A stretch of 46,395 nucleotides of DNA. Origin: Hyphomicrobiales bacterium (GTDB taxonomy: Bacteria > Pseudomonadota > Alphaproteobacteria > Rhizobiales > Aestuariivirgaceae). Every line of letters begins with the position of its first letter. The first letter of the stretch is position 1. The translations under genes were made by a program, and so were the position numbers. The notes under the pieces were generated by a model. The model was given only the letters and a program-made list of their open reading frames with translations, had not been told where the DNA came from and ran no database searches. The stretch covers positions 1 through 46,395 of the forward strand of contig JANPCS010000269.1 of the NCBI GenBank assembly GCA_031431065.1, read 5' to 3'. Shown piece by piece: positions 28,531-37,957 of the stretch.

Positions 28531-30234
28531 ATGACCGAATACGAACTCCTGCGTATCATCAATTTTCTGGAGCGCATGCGCAAGCCCTACGACAAGCTGT
28601 TGAAGGCCGCCGAGCCCGACCCGAACTGGAATATCATTCTCTACCTGATGAAGCACCACCTGCGCGGCGAAAACGTCACCATGTCATCCTTGGCGTCAGC
28701 GGCGGACATTCCGTTTGCCAGCGCCATGCGCCGCATCCACAAGCTGATCGAGGACGGCGACATCCAGCTCAGGCAGCGCGGCGATACCGGCAAGTCGCAC
28801 TATCTCGAACCCAGCCGGAAAATGGTCATCGGCTTCACCGATTATGCCTCCAAGGTGAAGGGGCTTTTGGCCGATACGTTCGGATTGCGCAGCGGCAGCG
28901 CCGATTCCGAGGATTATTATTTCGGCGGGTCGTACCTGGCGGGCCAGATCATTCCGCCGCTGGAAATCATGGAAAAGCGCGAGGACGCAGGAGCGGACTT
29001 ACGCTTTCTGCTGCACGACGACAATTATTTCGCCAGCATGCGCGACATGTGGTCGGATTTCCGCAACAAGCTTTCGGCGCGGAAGAATTTCAATCTTCTG
29101 TCGCTGCCGGAGCTGCGCCGGGAAGTCTTCGCCAATGCGCGGCGTAAAGAGAGTCAGTATGATGTCATTGCCGTCAACATGCCGTGGCTGGGTGAGAGTG
29201 TCGCCAACACGGTCGCGCAACCGCTGACGGATTTCCTCAAGAGCAGCAGCATCAACCCGCTCGACTTCCATCCCAACATCTGGGCGACCGGCAATTGGAG
29301 CAACACCCAATACGGCATTCCCATCTATTGCACCATCGAGGCGCTGTCGCTGCGCAAGGATCTTTTCGAGGAGCGCGGCCTTACGCACCCCACGACATTC
29401 GAAAAAGTGCTTCAGGCGGCCAAGGCCCTGCACAACCCGAAGCGCGGGCTTCAGGGTGTGGTGTGGAACGCCGCCAGGGGCATGCCGGTGTCGCACTCCT
29501 TCATGTTTTTCATGGGCTGTTGCGGCAGCCCGGTCATCGACATTCCAGCACCGCGCCTGCATGTCGACTACAGCAAGCTCAAGGGCGAGGCGATGCGGCC
29601 GCGAATCCTAAGCGAATCCGGGCGCAACACGCTCAAATACATGCGCGAGCTGCTGGCCTACTCGCCGCCCGATATTCTGGCCATCGACTGGAACCGGGCG
29701 CTCGAGTATTTCTTGAGCGGCCATGCCGCCATGATCTATTGCTGGACCATGCGGGCGGCGCGCTTCGAGTATGACATTCACTCTGCCGTCAAGCGCAAGG
29801 TCTCGTACCATCCGCATCCGGCGGGGCCGGGAGGTACCAGTGTTTCGCCGATCGGCGGCTTCCTGCTGATGGTGCCGGCATCCCTGCCACCGGCCCGCGC
29901 GCATCTGGCCTTTGAAGCCATATCCTGGATGGCGTCGCCCGCCGCCATGAAGGAGCATGTCAAGAACGGCATCCCCGTGGCGCCGCGCTTCAGCGTCAGC
30001 GCCGATCCCGAAGCCGCCGCCTCGACACCGATCGTGAGTTTTGTCGATAGGCTGGCCAAGCAGAACAAGATTCAGCATTGGCAAAGACCGCCAGTGCCGG
30101 AGTATTACCTGATCGAGCAAATCCTCGGCGAGGAAATCTTCGCGGCGCTGAACGGCGAGTGCACGGACGAGGAGGCGCTGACCCGGAGCCAGAACAGGAT
30201 CGATGCAGCGATGCGCGAGGCGGGGTATTATTGA
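28531..30234 (+). CDS. Winged-HTH plus solute-binding-domain fusion, probable cytoplasmic regulator
   Basis: VTMSSLASAADIPFASAMRRIHKLIEDGDI wHTH; C-terminal YDVIAVNMPWLG...RKDLFE...PTTFE SBP_bac_1-like domain; no signal peptide; start uncertain. Confidence 0.8.
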   Translation: MTEYELLRIINFLERMRKPYDKLLKAAEPDPNWNIILYLMKHHLRGENVTMSSLASAADIPFASAMRRIHKLIEDGDIQLRQRGDTGKSHYLEPSRKMVIGFTDYASKVKGLLADTFGLRSGSADSEDYYFGGSYLAGQIIPPLEIMEKREDAGADLRFLLHDDNYFASMRDMWSDFRNKLSARKNFNLLSLPELRREVFANARRKESQYDVIAVNMPWLGESVANTVAQPLTDFLKSSSINPLDFHPNIWATGNWSNTQYGIPIYCTIEALSLRKDLFEERGLTHPTTFEKVLQAAKALHNPKRGLQGVVWNAARGMPVSHSFMFFMGCCGSPVIDIPAPRLHVDYSKLKGEAMRPRILSESGRNTLKYMRELLAYSPPDILAIDWNRALEYFLSGHAAMIYCWTMRAARFEYDIHSAVKRKVSYHPHPAGPGGTSVSPIGGFLLMVPASLPPARAHLAFEAISWMASPAAMKEHVKNGIPVAPRFSVSADPEAAASTPIVSFVDRLAKQNKIQHWQRPPVPEYYLIEQILGEEIFAALNGECTDEEALTRSQNRIDAAMREAGYY

Positions 30235-30238
30235 AAAC

Positions 30239-32746
30239 TCACGCCGCCGCTTGCCGTCTCACCGTCGAGTACACCAGTGCCGCCACCACGATGAGGGCAC
30301 CCTGGAAAATATACTGGTAGGTCTGTGACAGGCCGAGGAAGGTCACGGCGTTCAAAACCTCGGTCAAGAGAACGGCGCCCAGCACGGTGCCGATGAAGGT
30401 GCCGCGGCCGCCTTTGAGGCTGGTGCCGCCCAACACCACGGCGGTGATGCTCGACAGCGTGTAGTTGATGCCTTGCCGTGGATCGCCGACGCCGATCTGG
30501 GTCATCAGCATGACGGCGCCGAGGGCCGTCAACAGAGCGCAGGCGATGTAGCCCGAAACAAAGACGCGGTCGACGCGCAGCCCCAAGCGCCTGGCCGACT
30601 CTTCGTCGGATCCCACGGCGCGCAGGCGCCAGCCGGCGCGGCGCTTGCGCAAAATGAATTCGCCGGCCAGCGCCACGGCCACCAGCACGATGAAGGCTAC
30701 CGGGATCGGCCCCCATTGCCAGTTGATCCACTCGGTGACGGTGAAATTGATATAGCCATCCGGGCTGTCGCGCAGCAGGTGGCTCATGCCCTGCAACCCG
30801 ATGAACATGGCGAGCGTCGCGGCAATCGCCGTGAAATTGGCGAAGCGGATCAAGATGCCGTTGATGGTGCCGACCAAAAGCGCGCCAACAAACATCAGCA
30901 CGAATCCTGCCGCCATCATGGCCGCCGACTTGTCGTCGTTGATGAAGAACGAGGCCACCACCACCAGGAATCCGGCGAGCGGGCCAACCGATAAGTCAAT
31001 GCCGCCCATCAGCAGCGCCACGGTCTGGCCAAGGGCGATGAAGCCTAGGGCAGTGGCCAGCATCAGGATGTTGTAGATGTTGAAGAACGACAGGAAATTC
31101 TCGTTGTGGCTGTAGACATAAAGCCCCAGCAAGATGGTGACGAGCGCCAAGGGCACGGCAGGCGCATTGTCGGACTGGAGAAAATGGCGCCAACCGCTCT
31201 TCGCCGCAGCATTTCCCTTAGCGCTTTCGCCCGCATGGGTGGCAGCGCTGACGGCGGCGGCGACGATGCGCTCTTCGGTGACATCGCTGCCGGTGAGTGT
31301 CTCTACCACCCGCCCGCGCGACATGACGATGACCTTGTCGCACAGGCCATGGAGTTCGGCGGCGTCGGAAGAATTGACGATGACCGGCGTGCCGGAGCCC
31401 GAGACATCGCGCAGGATTCGGTAGATTTCGGCGCGCGCACCGACATCGACGCCTTGCGTCGGCTCATCGGCGACGATCAATCCTGGGTCGGAGAGCAGGG
31501 CGCGCGACATCACGACCTTCTGCTGGTTGCCGCCGGACAGCGAGAGAATAGGCGCTTCCATGCCTGGCGCCTTGACCGCCAGGGATTTGAAAGTCGACGT
31601 AACTTGGTCAAGCTCCCGGGAGCGATTCATGATGCCATGGCTCGCGAATTTTTCCAGCGCCGCAAATGAGGCATTCTCGCGCACCGTCAGGCCGGATGCC
31701 AGGCCTTCGGTGTGCCGGTCTGATGGCATGAAGGCTGCTTCTTCCAGAAGCTCCTTGTTACTCAACGGACGGCCTTGAAGAGTGACGCTGCCGTGCGGCG
31801 TTTGCAGGCCGGCCAGCGCCCGCATCAGTTCCGCCTGACCGTTGCCCGCCACACCCGCCACGCCGGCAATCTGGCCCTTTGCCACGTCGAAGGTGACATC
31901 CTTGAAGCCCTTGCCAGTGAAATTCGTCACCGAAAACCCCACATCGGAGGCGGTGCCTTGCAGCTTTGGCGGAAAGGCCGAGCCCAGCGTACGGCCGACG
32001 ATCAAACTCAACAGATCGGCATCGCTGATGGCACTCACCAGGGAACTGCCCCGGAAGCGGCCGTCGCGCAGCACGGTGACGCGATCGGCGATCTGGCGCA
32101 GTTCTGCCAGGCGATGGGTGATATAGATGACCGAGGTGCCGGATTTCACCACGCCGCGGATGCGGCCGAACAGCATGCCGGTCGAATCCTGGTCGAGAGA
32201 CGCCGTCGGTTCGTCGAGGATCAGCACCTTGGGCTTGACGGCCAGCGCCTTGGCAATTTCCAGCAGATGCTTCTGGGCCACTGTCAGGGCATCGGCGCGC
32301 ATGGCGAGCGGCACGTGCAGGCCGACAGCGTCAAGCATCTGACTGGCCACATCGCTTGCGGACTTGCCCTCGAACAGCTGAGACGGCAGTGCGACGCGCA
32401 GATTCTCGAGCACCGAGAGATCGTCGAGAACGGCGGGGTGTTGAAAGGATATGGCGATGCCGAGGGCCGCTGCCTTCCCGGGTGTCATTTCAAGGATGTG
32501 TTCGCCTGCAAACCAGATTTCACCGAGCGTCGGTTGCAGGGCGCCCGAGATGACATTCATCAGGGTGGATTTTCCGGCACCGTTCTCGCCCAGAACGGCA
32601 TGCACTTCGCCGGGATGGAATTCGACGGTGACATCGCGCAGCGCCAGCACGCCGGAGAAGGATTTTGAAATATTGGCGAGCCGGATTGTGGCGCTGCTTC
32701 CCGCCGCTCCGCGCTCATCACTTGCTTTCACCTTATCCGCCGCCAC
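30239..32746 (-). CDS. Fused sugar ABC ATPase (2 NBD) plus permease
   Basis: [32 protein letters not shown] followed by GGIDLSVG...GGTSLKGGRG. Confidence 0.92.
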   Translation of the reverse strand: MAADKVKASDERGAAGSSATIRLANISKSFSGVLALRDVTVEFHPGEVHAVLGENGAGKSTLMNVISGALQPTLGEIWFAGEHILEMTPGKAAALGIAISFQHPAVLDDLSVLENLRVALPSQLFEGKSASDVASQMLDAVGLHVPLAMRADALTVAQKHLLEIAKALAVKPKVLILDEPTASLDQDSTGMLFGRIRGVVKSGTSVIYITHRLAELRQIADRVTVLRDGRFRGSSLVSAISDADLLSLIVGRTLGSAFPPKLQGTASDVGFSVTNFTGKGFKDVTFDVAKGQIAGVAGVAGNGQAELMRALAGLQTPHGSVTLQGRPLSNKELLEEAAFMPSDRHTEGLASGLTVRENASFAALEKFASHGIMNRSRELDQVTSTFKSLAVKAPGMEAPILSLSGGNQQKVVMSRALLSDPGLIVADEPTQGVDVGARAEIYRILRDVSGSGTPVIVNSSDAAELHGLCDKVIVMSRGRVVETLTGSDVTEERIVAAAVSAATHAGESAKGNAAAKSGWRHFLQSDNAPAVPLALVTILLGLYVYSHNENFLSFFNIYNILMLATALGFIALGQTVALLMGGIDLSVGPLAGFLVVVASFFINDDKSAAMMAAGFVLMFVGALLVGTINGILIRFANFTAIAATLAMFIGLQGMSHLLRDSPDGYINFTVTEWINWQWGPIPVAFIVLVAVALAGEFILRKRRAGWRLRAVGSDEESARRLGLRVDRVFVSGYIACALLTALGAVMLMTQIGVGDPRQGINYTLSSITAVVLGGTSLKGGRGTFIGTVLGAVLLTEVLNAVTFLGLSQTYQYIFQGALIVVAALVYSTVRRQAAA

Positions 32747-32774
32747 GTCTTGCTATCCGCGCTTTCCGAATTTC

Positions 32775-32799
32775 CCCCGGAGGGACGGACCCTCCGGGG
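32775..32799. other. Stem-loop between SBP and ATPase-permease genes
   Basis: CCCCGGAGGG-ACGGA-CCCTCCGGGG perfect 10-bp inverted repeat. Confidence 0.65.
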
Positions 32800-32810
32800 T
32801 AACTTACTTC

Positions 32811-33878
32811 TTAGTTTCCGACAGCTTTGGCCTGATCCTCGTCGGGCAGTTCCGAGGAGAGATAGATGGCGCCGGGCAGATCCTTGCGGCACTGCACCTG
32901 GCTGGGCTGGCCAGTCACCGAGTTCTCGAAGGCCGGAGCCACATAGACGTTGGTATCCGGAACCTTGCCGTCGGTGGCCAGCGCCACGGCCCATTGCACG
33001 GCGAGCCGCACGTTGTCTGTGCCGGTGGCCACGGTGAAGAGCTTGAAGTCGGGGTTGGCGTCCTTCGATTCGGTCCACAGGCAGCCCAGCGAATTGCCGT
33101 CGGAGGTCGCAAGCGCGGGGATCGAGCGGCCGGACTTCTGGAAGAGCGGCAAGGCGCCGACCAGCGATGGGCCGAAGTCAGACACGATGACATCGATCTT
33201 CTCGTGCTTGGCGATCTCGGCCGTCAGCACCTGCTGGGTCAAGGCCGGGTCCCAGTTCGTCACATCAAAAGGCTCCGGATTGAGGAACTTGTACTCCGGC
33301 CCAAGGACCTTCTTCAGGCCTTCAAGCTGCTCGAGGCCCTGACTGTTGCCGGCGGGTCCGCTGAGATAGAGAAGGTTCGCGCCATTCGGGAATTGTCCCT
33401 TGATCCAGTTGCCCCAAGCGACGCCGTTGTCGATAAAGGTGGTGCCGACGAAAGTGTTGTAATTCTCGCCTTCCTTGCCGCCCACCACGACGCGGTAGGG
33501 AACGATGATCTTGCCGGACTTATAGACCTGCGTGATGGCGGGAAGCACGGCAGGTCCGGCATCGCCGAACACCACCAGCGCATCGACGCCCTTGGCCGCC
33601 GTTGCTTTGATGTCGGAGATGGATTTTTGCGTATCGCCCTGACCATCGATGTATTCGTATTTGGTGATGCTGGGGCAGAGCGAGGCGGTCTGGGCGCCCG
33701 AAGCAGCGGTGACCTGGCGCCAGCTGTTGCCGCCGTAGCCGTCCAGCAGGGCCAAGGTGGCCTGCTTGGGGCCGCACCAGGACGGCGTTTCAGCTTGCGC
33801 CAGCGAGGCACTGCCAAGTGCCATCACCGCCGTCGCCGCGGCGAGGGTAAGTGTCCGCTTGATTGCGGTGTAAGTCAT
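32811..33878 (-). CDS. RbsB-like sugar ABC substrate-binding protein
   Basis: Sec signal ending SLAQA; GNSWR, DGQGDTQKSISDI, LSGPAGNS, TNWDP. Confidence 0.88.
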   Translation of the reverse strand: MTYTAIKRTLTLAAATAVMALGSASLAQAETPSWCGPKQATLALLDGYGGNSWRQVTAASGAQTASLCPSITKYEYIDGQGDTQKSISDIKATAAKGVDALVVFGDAGPAVLPAITQVYKSGKIIVPYRVVVGGKEGENYNTFVGTTFIDNGVAWGNWIKGQFPNGANLLYLSGPAGNSQGLEQLEGLKKVLGPEYKFLNPEPFDVTNWDPALTQQVLTAEIAKHEKIDVIVSDFGPSLVGALPLFQKSGRSIPALATSDGNSLGCLWTESKDANPDFKLFTVATGTDNVRLAVQWAVALATDGKVPDTNVYVAPAFENSVTGQPSQVQCRKDLPGAIYLSSELPDEDQAKAVGN

Positions 33879-34885
33879 GTTCTTTCCTCCACATTGGTTG
33901 TTTCAGCCGTTTTCTTAAAGTTTACCGTCCAGCGGAGCGAGTAAACACCGATGCCAAAACCCAGGGCCAAGGCCTGGATGATGGTTTGGGCCGAGTAGGG
34001 CACTCCGGCTGCGAGTGCGAACTGGCTCAATTGGTTCAGGAAATAGGCGGCGATGACAGTGGAGACCGGGAAGCCCCGTCCGCCCAGGAGCGAGGTGCCG
34101 CCGAGCACCACGACGGCCACCGACGGCAGCAACAGCGGGTCGCCCTGGAAGGCGGTGGGCTCGCGGGTGATCCCGGCAATCAGAATTCCCGCCATGCAAT
34201 AGAGAAGCTGTGCCGAGACATAGGCCATGAACTGGTGGCGCTGCACGCGAAGACCGGCAGCGCGCGCCGCCAGCGGGTTGGCACCAACCGCCTCGAAGCG
34301 GCGGCCTATCACCGTCTTTTTCAGCACGAACGTCACCACGGCGAGCGTTGCAAGTGCAAACCACACGGCATTGGGCAGGCCAAACGTCTCGCCGCCCGCG
34401 ATGTTCGAAAGCCGCTCGGTGGTGATGCTTGGAACGCCGCCTGAGACAGCGAAGACGCCACCATAGAGCAGCGCGTTGACGCCGATCGTGGCGATGATGG
34501 CATTCAGCCGGTAGACAACCACAAGCAGCCCGTTCAGCGCGCCAGCCACCAACGCGAAGCCAACCGCGATCAACACCGCCGTCAGGAGCAGCGCGTCATC
34601 CTGCTGCGGGTAATGCGTGGCCTGCACCACGGCAAGCGAGACAGCACCCGGCAACGACAGATCGAAGCCGCCCTGCTGCACCACCAGCAATTGCCCCAGC
34701 CCCACGATGGCAATGATGGCGGCAAAGGGCAGACTGCCGGAGAATGCGCCGGCGGAAATGCTGGAGGGTGCGAATATGGCGCACACCACCAGAAGCACGA
34801 GGGTCGACAAGACGACCGTCACAAAGCTGCGGGCCAGCGGCATTTGCTGGAACAGGCTGGGCTTCATGGCGGTGGCGTTGCGCAT
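33875..34885 (-). CDS. RbsC-like sugar ABC permease
   Basis: QQGGFDLS, GRRFEAVGANPLAA, GGTSLLGGRG; TAATG coupling to upstream gene. Confidence 0.9.
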   Translation of the reverse strand: MRNATAMKPSLFQQMPLARSFVTVVLSTLVLLVVCAIFAPSSISAGAFSGSLPFAAIIAIVGLGQLLVVQQGGFDLSLPGAVSLAVVQATHYPQQDDALLLTAVLIAVGFALVAGALNGLLVVVYRLNAIIATIGVNALLYGGVFAVSGGVPSITTERLSNIAGGETFGLPNAVWFALATLAVVTFVLKKTVIGRRFEAVGANPLAARAAGLRVQRHQFMAYVSAQLLYCMAGILIAGITREPTAFQGDPLLLPSVAVVVLGGTSLLGGRGFPVSTVIAAYFLNQLSQFALAAGVPYSAQTIIQALALGFGIGVYSLRWTVNFKKTAETTNVEERT

Positions 34886-35946
34886 TAGGGCAGGATTTTC
34901 GCGGCGCGGAACTTGTCGAAAGCATCTGTGAAAGAGCGCACCGAGTTTTGATAAGCGGTGAAGCCCAAGTCCCTGCTCTTGGTCATGTCGGTGAAGTTCT
35001 CGATGGTGCGGCCAAGATCCGCATCCGAATGCCACCAGGAGGCGACAGTGGTCAGCGCGTTTTTCTGCAAGCCATGCTTGGCAACGATCCTGTCCCACAC
35101 CGGCTCCATCCCCACCATCTGCTTCTCGAGCGGCTGGGCGTGGCCGGGATAGTCAGCCGCCGCAACCCCTAAGTGAGCAGCGAGCTTCGGCCACATCCAG
35201 TTCCAGCGGAACACCTCGCCATTGACAATGTTGAAGGCTTGATTGCGGGCCGCCGGCCTGGTGGCCGCCCACTGCAATTGCTTGGAGATGATGCGGCCAT
35301 CGGTGATGTCGACGCACGCTTCATACTGCTGCGGCGAACCGGGGAACACGAAGGGGCGGCCGCTTTCCTTGCAGATTGCCGCATAGGCCCCAAGCGTCGC
35401 TGCCATGTTCATCTGATTGCCGAGTGTGTAACCAATCAGCGTGTGCGGACGGTGCACCGACCAAGAGAAGCCCTGTTTCTCGGCCGCCGCATAAAGCTCG
35501 TCTTCCTGGTCATAGTAGAAGTTCTGGTAGGGAAGCCGTGGCTGCTCCTCGCGGAACGGAGTGACCATCTTGGTTTTGGCATAGGCCTCAAACGGCCCCA
35601 TGTAGTGCTTCAGGCCCGTCACCAGTGCCGCGTGCCTGATCTTCTTGCCGTCCATGGCGGCAAGCAGATTGCGCACCATGCCGGCGTTGACGCGGCAGTT
35701 CTCGGCCTCGGTCGCCTGGCGCAGCCACGTTGTAATAAAGACGTCGGTTGGCTTCACGCGCTTGAGGGCGGTTCTCACCGCTTCATCATCGGTAAGATCG
35801 ACGGCGATGTGTTTCACGCCCTTGGGCAGGTCATGCTTGTGCCGGGAAATGCCGGTGACGGTCCACCCCTTGGTGGCCTTCAGGTGCTCGGCCAGATGGC
35901 GGCCGATGATTCCGGAGACACCGGCGATAAGCGCGTGGCGGAGCAT
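34885..35946 (-). CDS. PRISE/progesterone-5beta-reductase-like extended SDR
   Basis: GVSGIIG, TGLKHYMGPFE, NFYYDQED, WSVHRP. Confidence 0.85.
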   Translation of the reverse strand: MLRHALIAGVSGIIGRHLAEHLKATKGWTVTGISRHKHDLPKGVKHIAVDLTDDEAVRTALKRVKPTDVFITTWLRQATEAENCRVNAGMVRNLLAAMDGKKIRHAALVTGLKHYMGPFEAYAKTKMVTPFREEQPRLPYQNFYYDQEDELYAAAEKQGFSWSVHRPHTLIGYTLGNQMNMAATLGAYAAICKESGRPFVFPGSPQQYEACVDITDGRIISKQLQWAATRPAARNQAFNIVNGEVFRWNWMWPKLAAHLGVAAADYPGHAQPLEKQMVGMEPVWDRIVAKHGLQKNALTTVASWWHSDADLGRTIENFTDMTKSRDLGFTAYQNSVRSFTDAFDKFRAAKILP

Positions 35947-36935
35947 CAGTTCAGTCCCTTCGTCGACAGTGTCACCTTGATGCAGGCCTGCGGATCCTGG
36001 CCAAGTTCGAAGGCCTTCCGGGCCTCTAGCAGGCTGAAGTGATGAGTCTGGATCGGCGACAAGTCGATGCCGGTGCGCTCGAGGAACCGGATTGCCGCGG
36101 GCCAGACGCCGGGCGAGCCGATGCAGCCCTTGACCGTCAGGTTCTTGAGCTGCAACAGCCCCAGCTGCGAGGTGATCGGGCGGCCGATGTTGAGGCCCAC
36201 CATGGATACGCGGCCGTCTTGCGCGGCGTATTCGAAGACACTGGCCACCGAGGCATCATGGCCCGAAGCTTCAACCACCAGTTCGGCGCCCTTGCCGCCA
36301 GTCAGTTCCTTGACGCGCTCGACGGCATGGTCTGTGGCATCCACGGTTTCCGCCGCGCCCAATTTGAGAGCGATGTCGCGGCGGCTCTTGATGGGGTCGA
36401 CGACGATCACCCGGGCGCCCATGCCGATGGCGGCGGCAGCGGTCACAAGACCAATCGTGCCACCGCCCGACACGACGACGGTCTCGGAAGCATTGGTGCC
36501 GCCGGAGCGCAGGACGGCATAGAAGCCGCAGGTGAAAGGCTCGATCAGCGCGCCGCGATTATCGTCGACGCTATCAGGAAGCTTGTGCAGCCAGTCGGGA
36601 TTGACGTTGAAAAACTCGCGGTCGGCGCCATCCATGGAAAAGCCGAAGTGGTGCAGGCGTTCAGGCGTCTTGACAACGCACTCGCCCACCACGCGGTCAC
36701 CGGTCTTGAACGTCTTCACCGACTTGCCGACCTCGACAACCTCACCGCACCATTCATGGCCAGGTGTCACGGGATAGGAAATCGGGATGATGTAGCGTCC
36801 CGCCAGCAACTCAAAATCCGAGTGGCAGATGCCGATGGTGCGCGACTTTATCAGGACTTCGGTATCCTTGATCCTTGGCACCGGCATATCGACGACTTGC
36901 GGATTGCCGGGCTTTTCGAAAACCAGCGCTTTCAT
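35946..36935 (-). CDS. Zn-dependent MDR alcohol/polyol dehydrogenase
   Basis: GICHSD, PGHEWCG, GGGTIG; structural-Zn loop absent. Confidence 0.9.
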   Translation of the reverse strand: MKALVFEKPGNPQVVDMPVPRIKDTEVLIKSRTIGICHSDFELLAGRYIIPISYPVTPGHEWCGEVVEVGKSVKTFKTGDRVVGECVVKTPERLHHFGFSMDGADREFFNVNPDWLHKLPDSVDDNRGALIEPFTCGFYAVLRSGGTNASETVVVSGGGTIGLVTAAAAIGMGARVIVVDPIKSRRDIALKLGAAETVDATDHAVERVKELTGGKGAELVVEASGHDASVASVFEYAAQDGRVSMVGLNIGRPITSQLGLLQLKNLTVKGCIGSPGVWPAAIRFLERTGIDLSPIQTHHFSLLEARKAFELGQDPQACIKVTLSTKGLN

Positions 36936-36946
36936 GATGACCGCTC

Positions 36947-37957
36947 CTATACTTTGACGACGGCGCCATCCTTCGCCGCCGAGGCGATGATGGCTTCGAG
37001 AATGGCAATGTTGGTGACGAGGTCCTTGGCCTTGATGGGATACCGCGCCTTGCCGCGCACGGCACGGGCGAAAGCCACGAGATTGTCCTTCACCGGCTCT
37101 GCTGGAGGAACCTCGGTGACGGTAATCGGTCCACCGGCCATGGCCGAGGTGACGACCCAGCCCGCCGGTGCCTCCACATGGGCCTTGTCGCGGATTTCGA
37201 TCCAGCCCTTGGAACCGAAGACGGCGAAGCGCGAGATGAACGGCATGGCGAGCGAAGCCGACACATAGGCTGTGCCACCCTTCTTGAAGCGGATGTGCAC
37301 GCTCATGGTGTCGCCCTGCGGAATCTTCGACGACAATCTTTCGCATGAGACCCGAAGGTCGCGTGCTTCGCCAAGCAGGGCCGCCGCAAGATCGGTCAAG
37401 TGAATGCCAGTCGCGGTCATTCCGCCGACGGGGGCTTCCTTGCGGTTCAAACGCCAGTTCTTTTTGTCGAGCGTCGTGAACTTGTCGTGGCTGAAGTTGC
37501 CTTCGACCTGCTGGATACGGCCGAGTTGTCCGGTGCCCGCCATCTCAAGCATTCTTGCCACCGGCGGTTCCCATCGGCGCTCATGCCCCATGCCGAGAAC
37601 CAGCTTGTTCTTCTTGCAAAGTGCGACTGCGGACTCCGCGCCCTTTCTTGTGAGGGCAAGCGGTTTCTCGCAAAAAATGTGCTTCTTTGCTGCTGCGGCG
37701 CGCTGGATCTGCTCGGCATGCAATGAATGTGGCGTGGCCAGGATCACCGCTTCGACACCCGGATGCTTCAAGGCTTCCTTGTCGCTCGCGTACCAGGCAA
37801 AGCCATTGGCCTCGGCAAATTCAGCGCCCTCGGGATTAGGCTCGGCGGCACAGACGATTTCAATGTCCTGCCTGGCGCCTTGCAAGACAGCCGTCATCTT
37901 CCTGCCCCACCAGCCGAGGCCGATCATCGCGACCTTTACGGGACCATCCGCCATCAC
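36947..37957 (-). CDS. Gfo/Idh/MocA oxidoreductase
   Basis: IGLGWWG, ATPHSLH, CEKP, ATGIHLTD. Confidence 0.92.
   Translation of the reverse strand: MMADGPVKVAMIGLGWWGRKMTAVLQGARQDIEIVCAAEPNPEGAEFAEANGFAWYASDKEALKHPGVEAVILATPHSLHAEQIQRAAAAKKHIFCEKPLALTRKGAESAVALCKKNKLVLGMGHERRWEPPVARMLEMAGTGQLGRIQQVEGNFSHDKFTTLDKKNWRLNRKEAPVGGMTATGIHLTDLAAALLGEARDLRVSCERLSSKIPQGDTMSVHIRFKKGGTAYVSASLAMPFISRFAVFGSKGWIEIRDKAHVEAPAGWVVTSAMAGGPITVTEVPPAEPVKDNLVAFARAVRGKARYPIKAKDLVTNIAILEAIIASAAKDGAVVKV

Noticed and set aside
32451-33944. Long plus-strand ORF (497 aa) and similar antisense ORFs (8975-10060, 36039-37268, 24124-25083)
   Set aside because: Shadow ORFs opposite well-supported genes in high-GC DNA; no motifs
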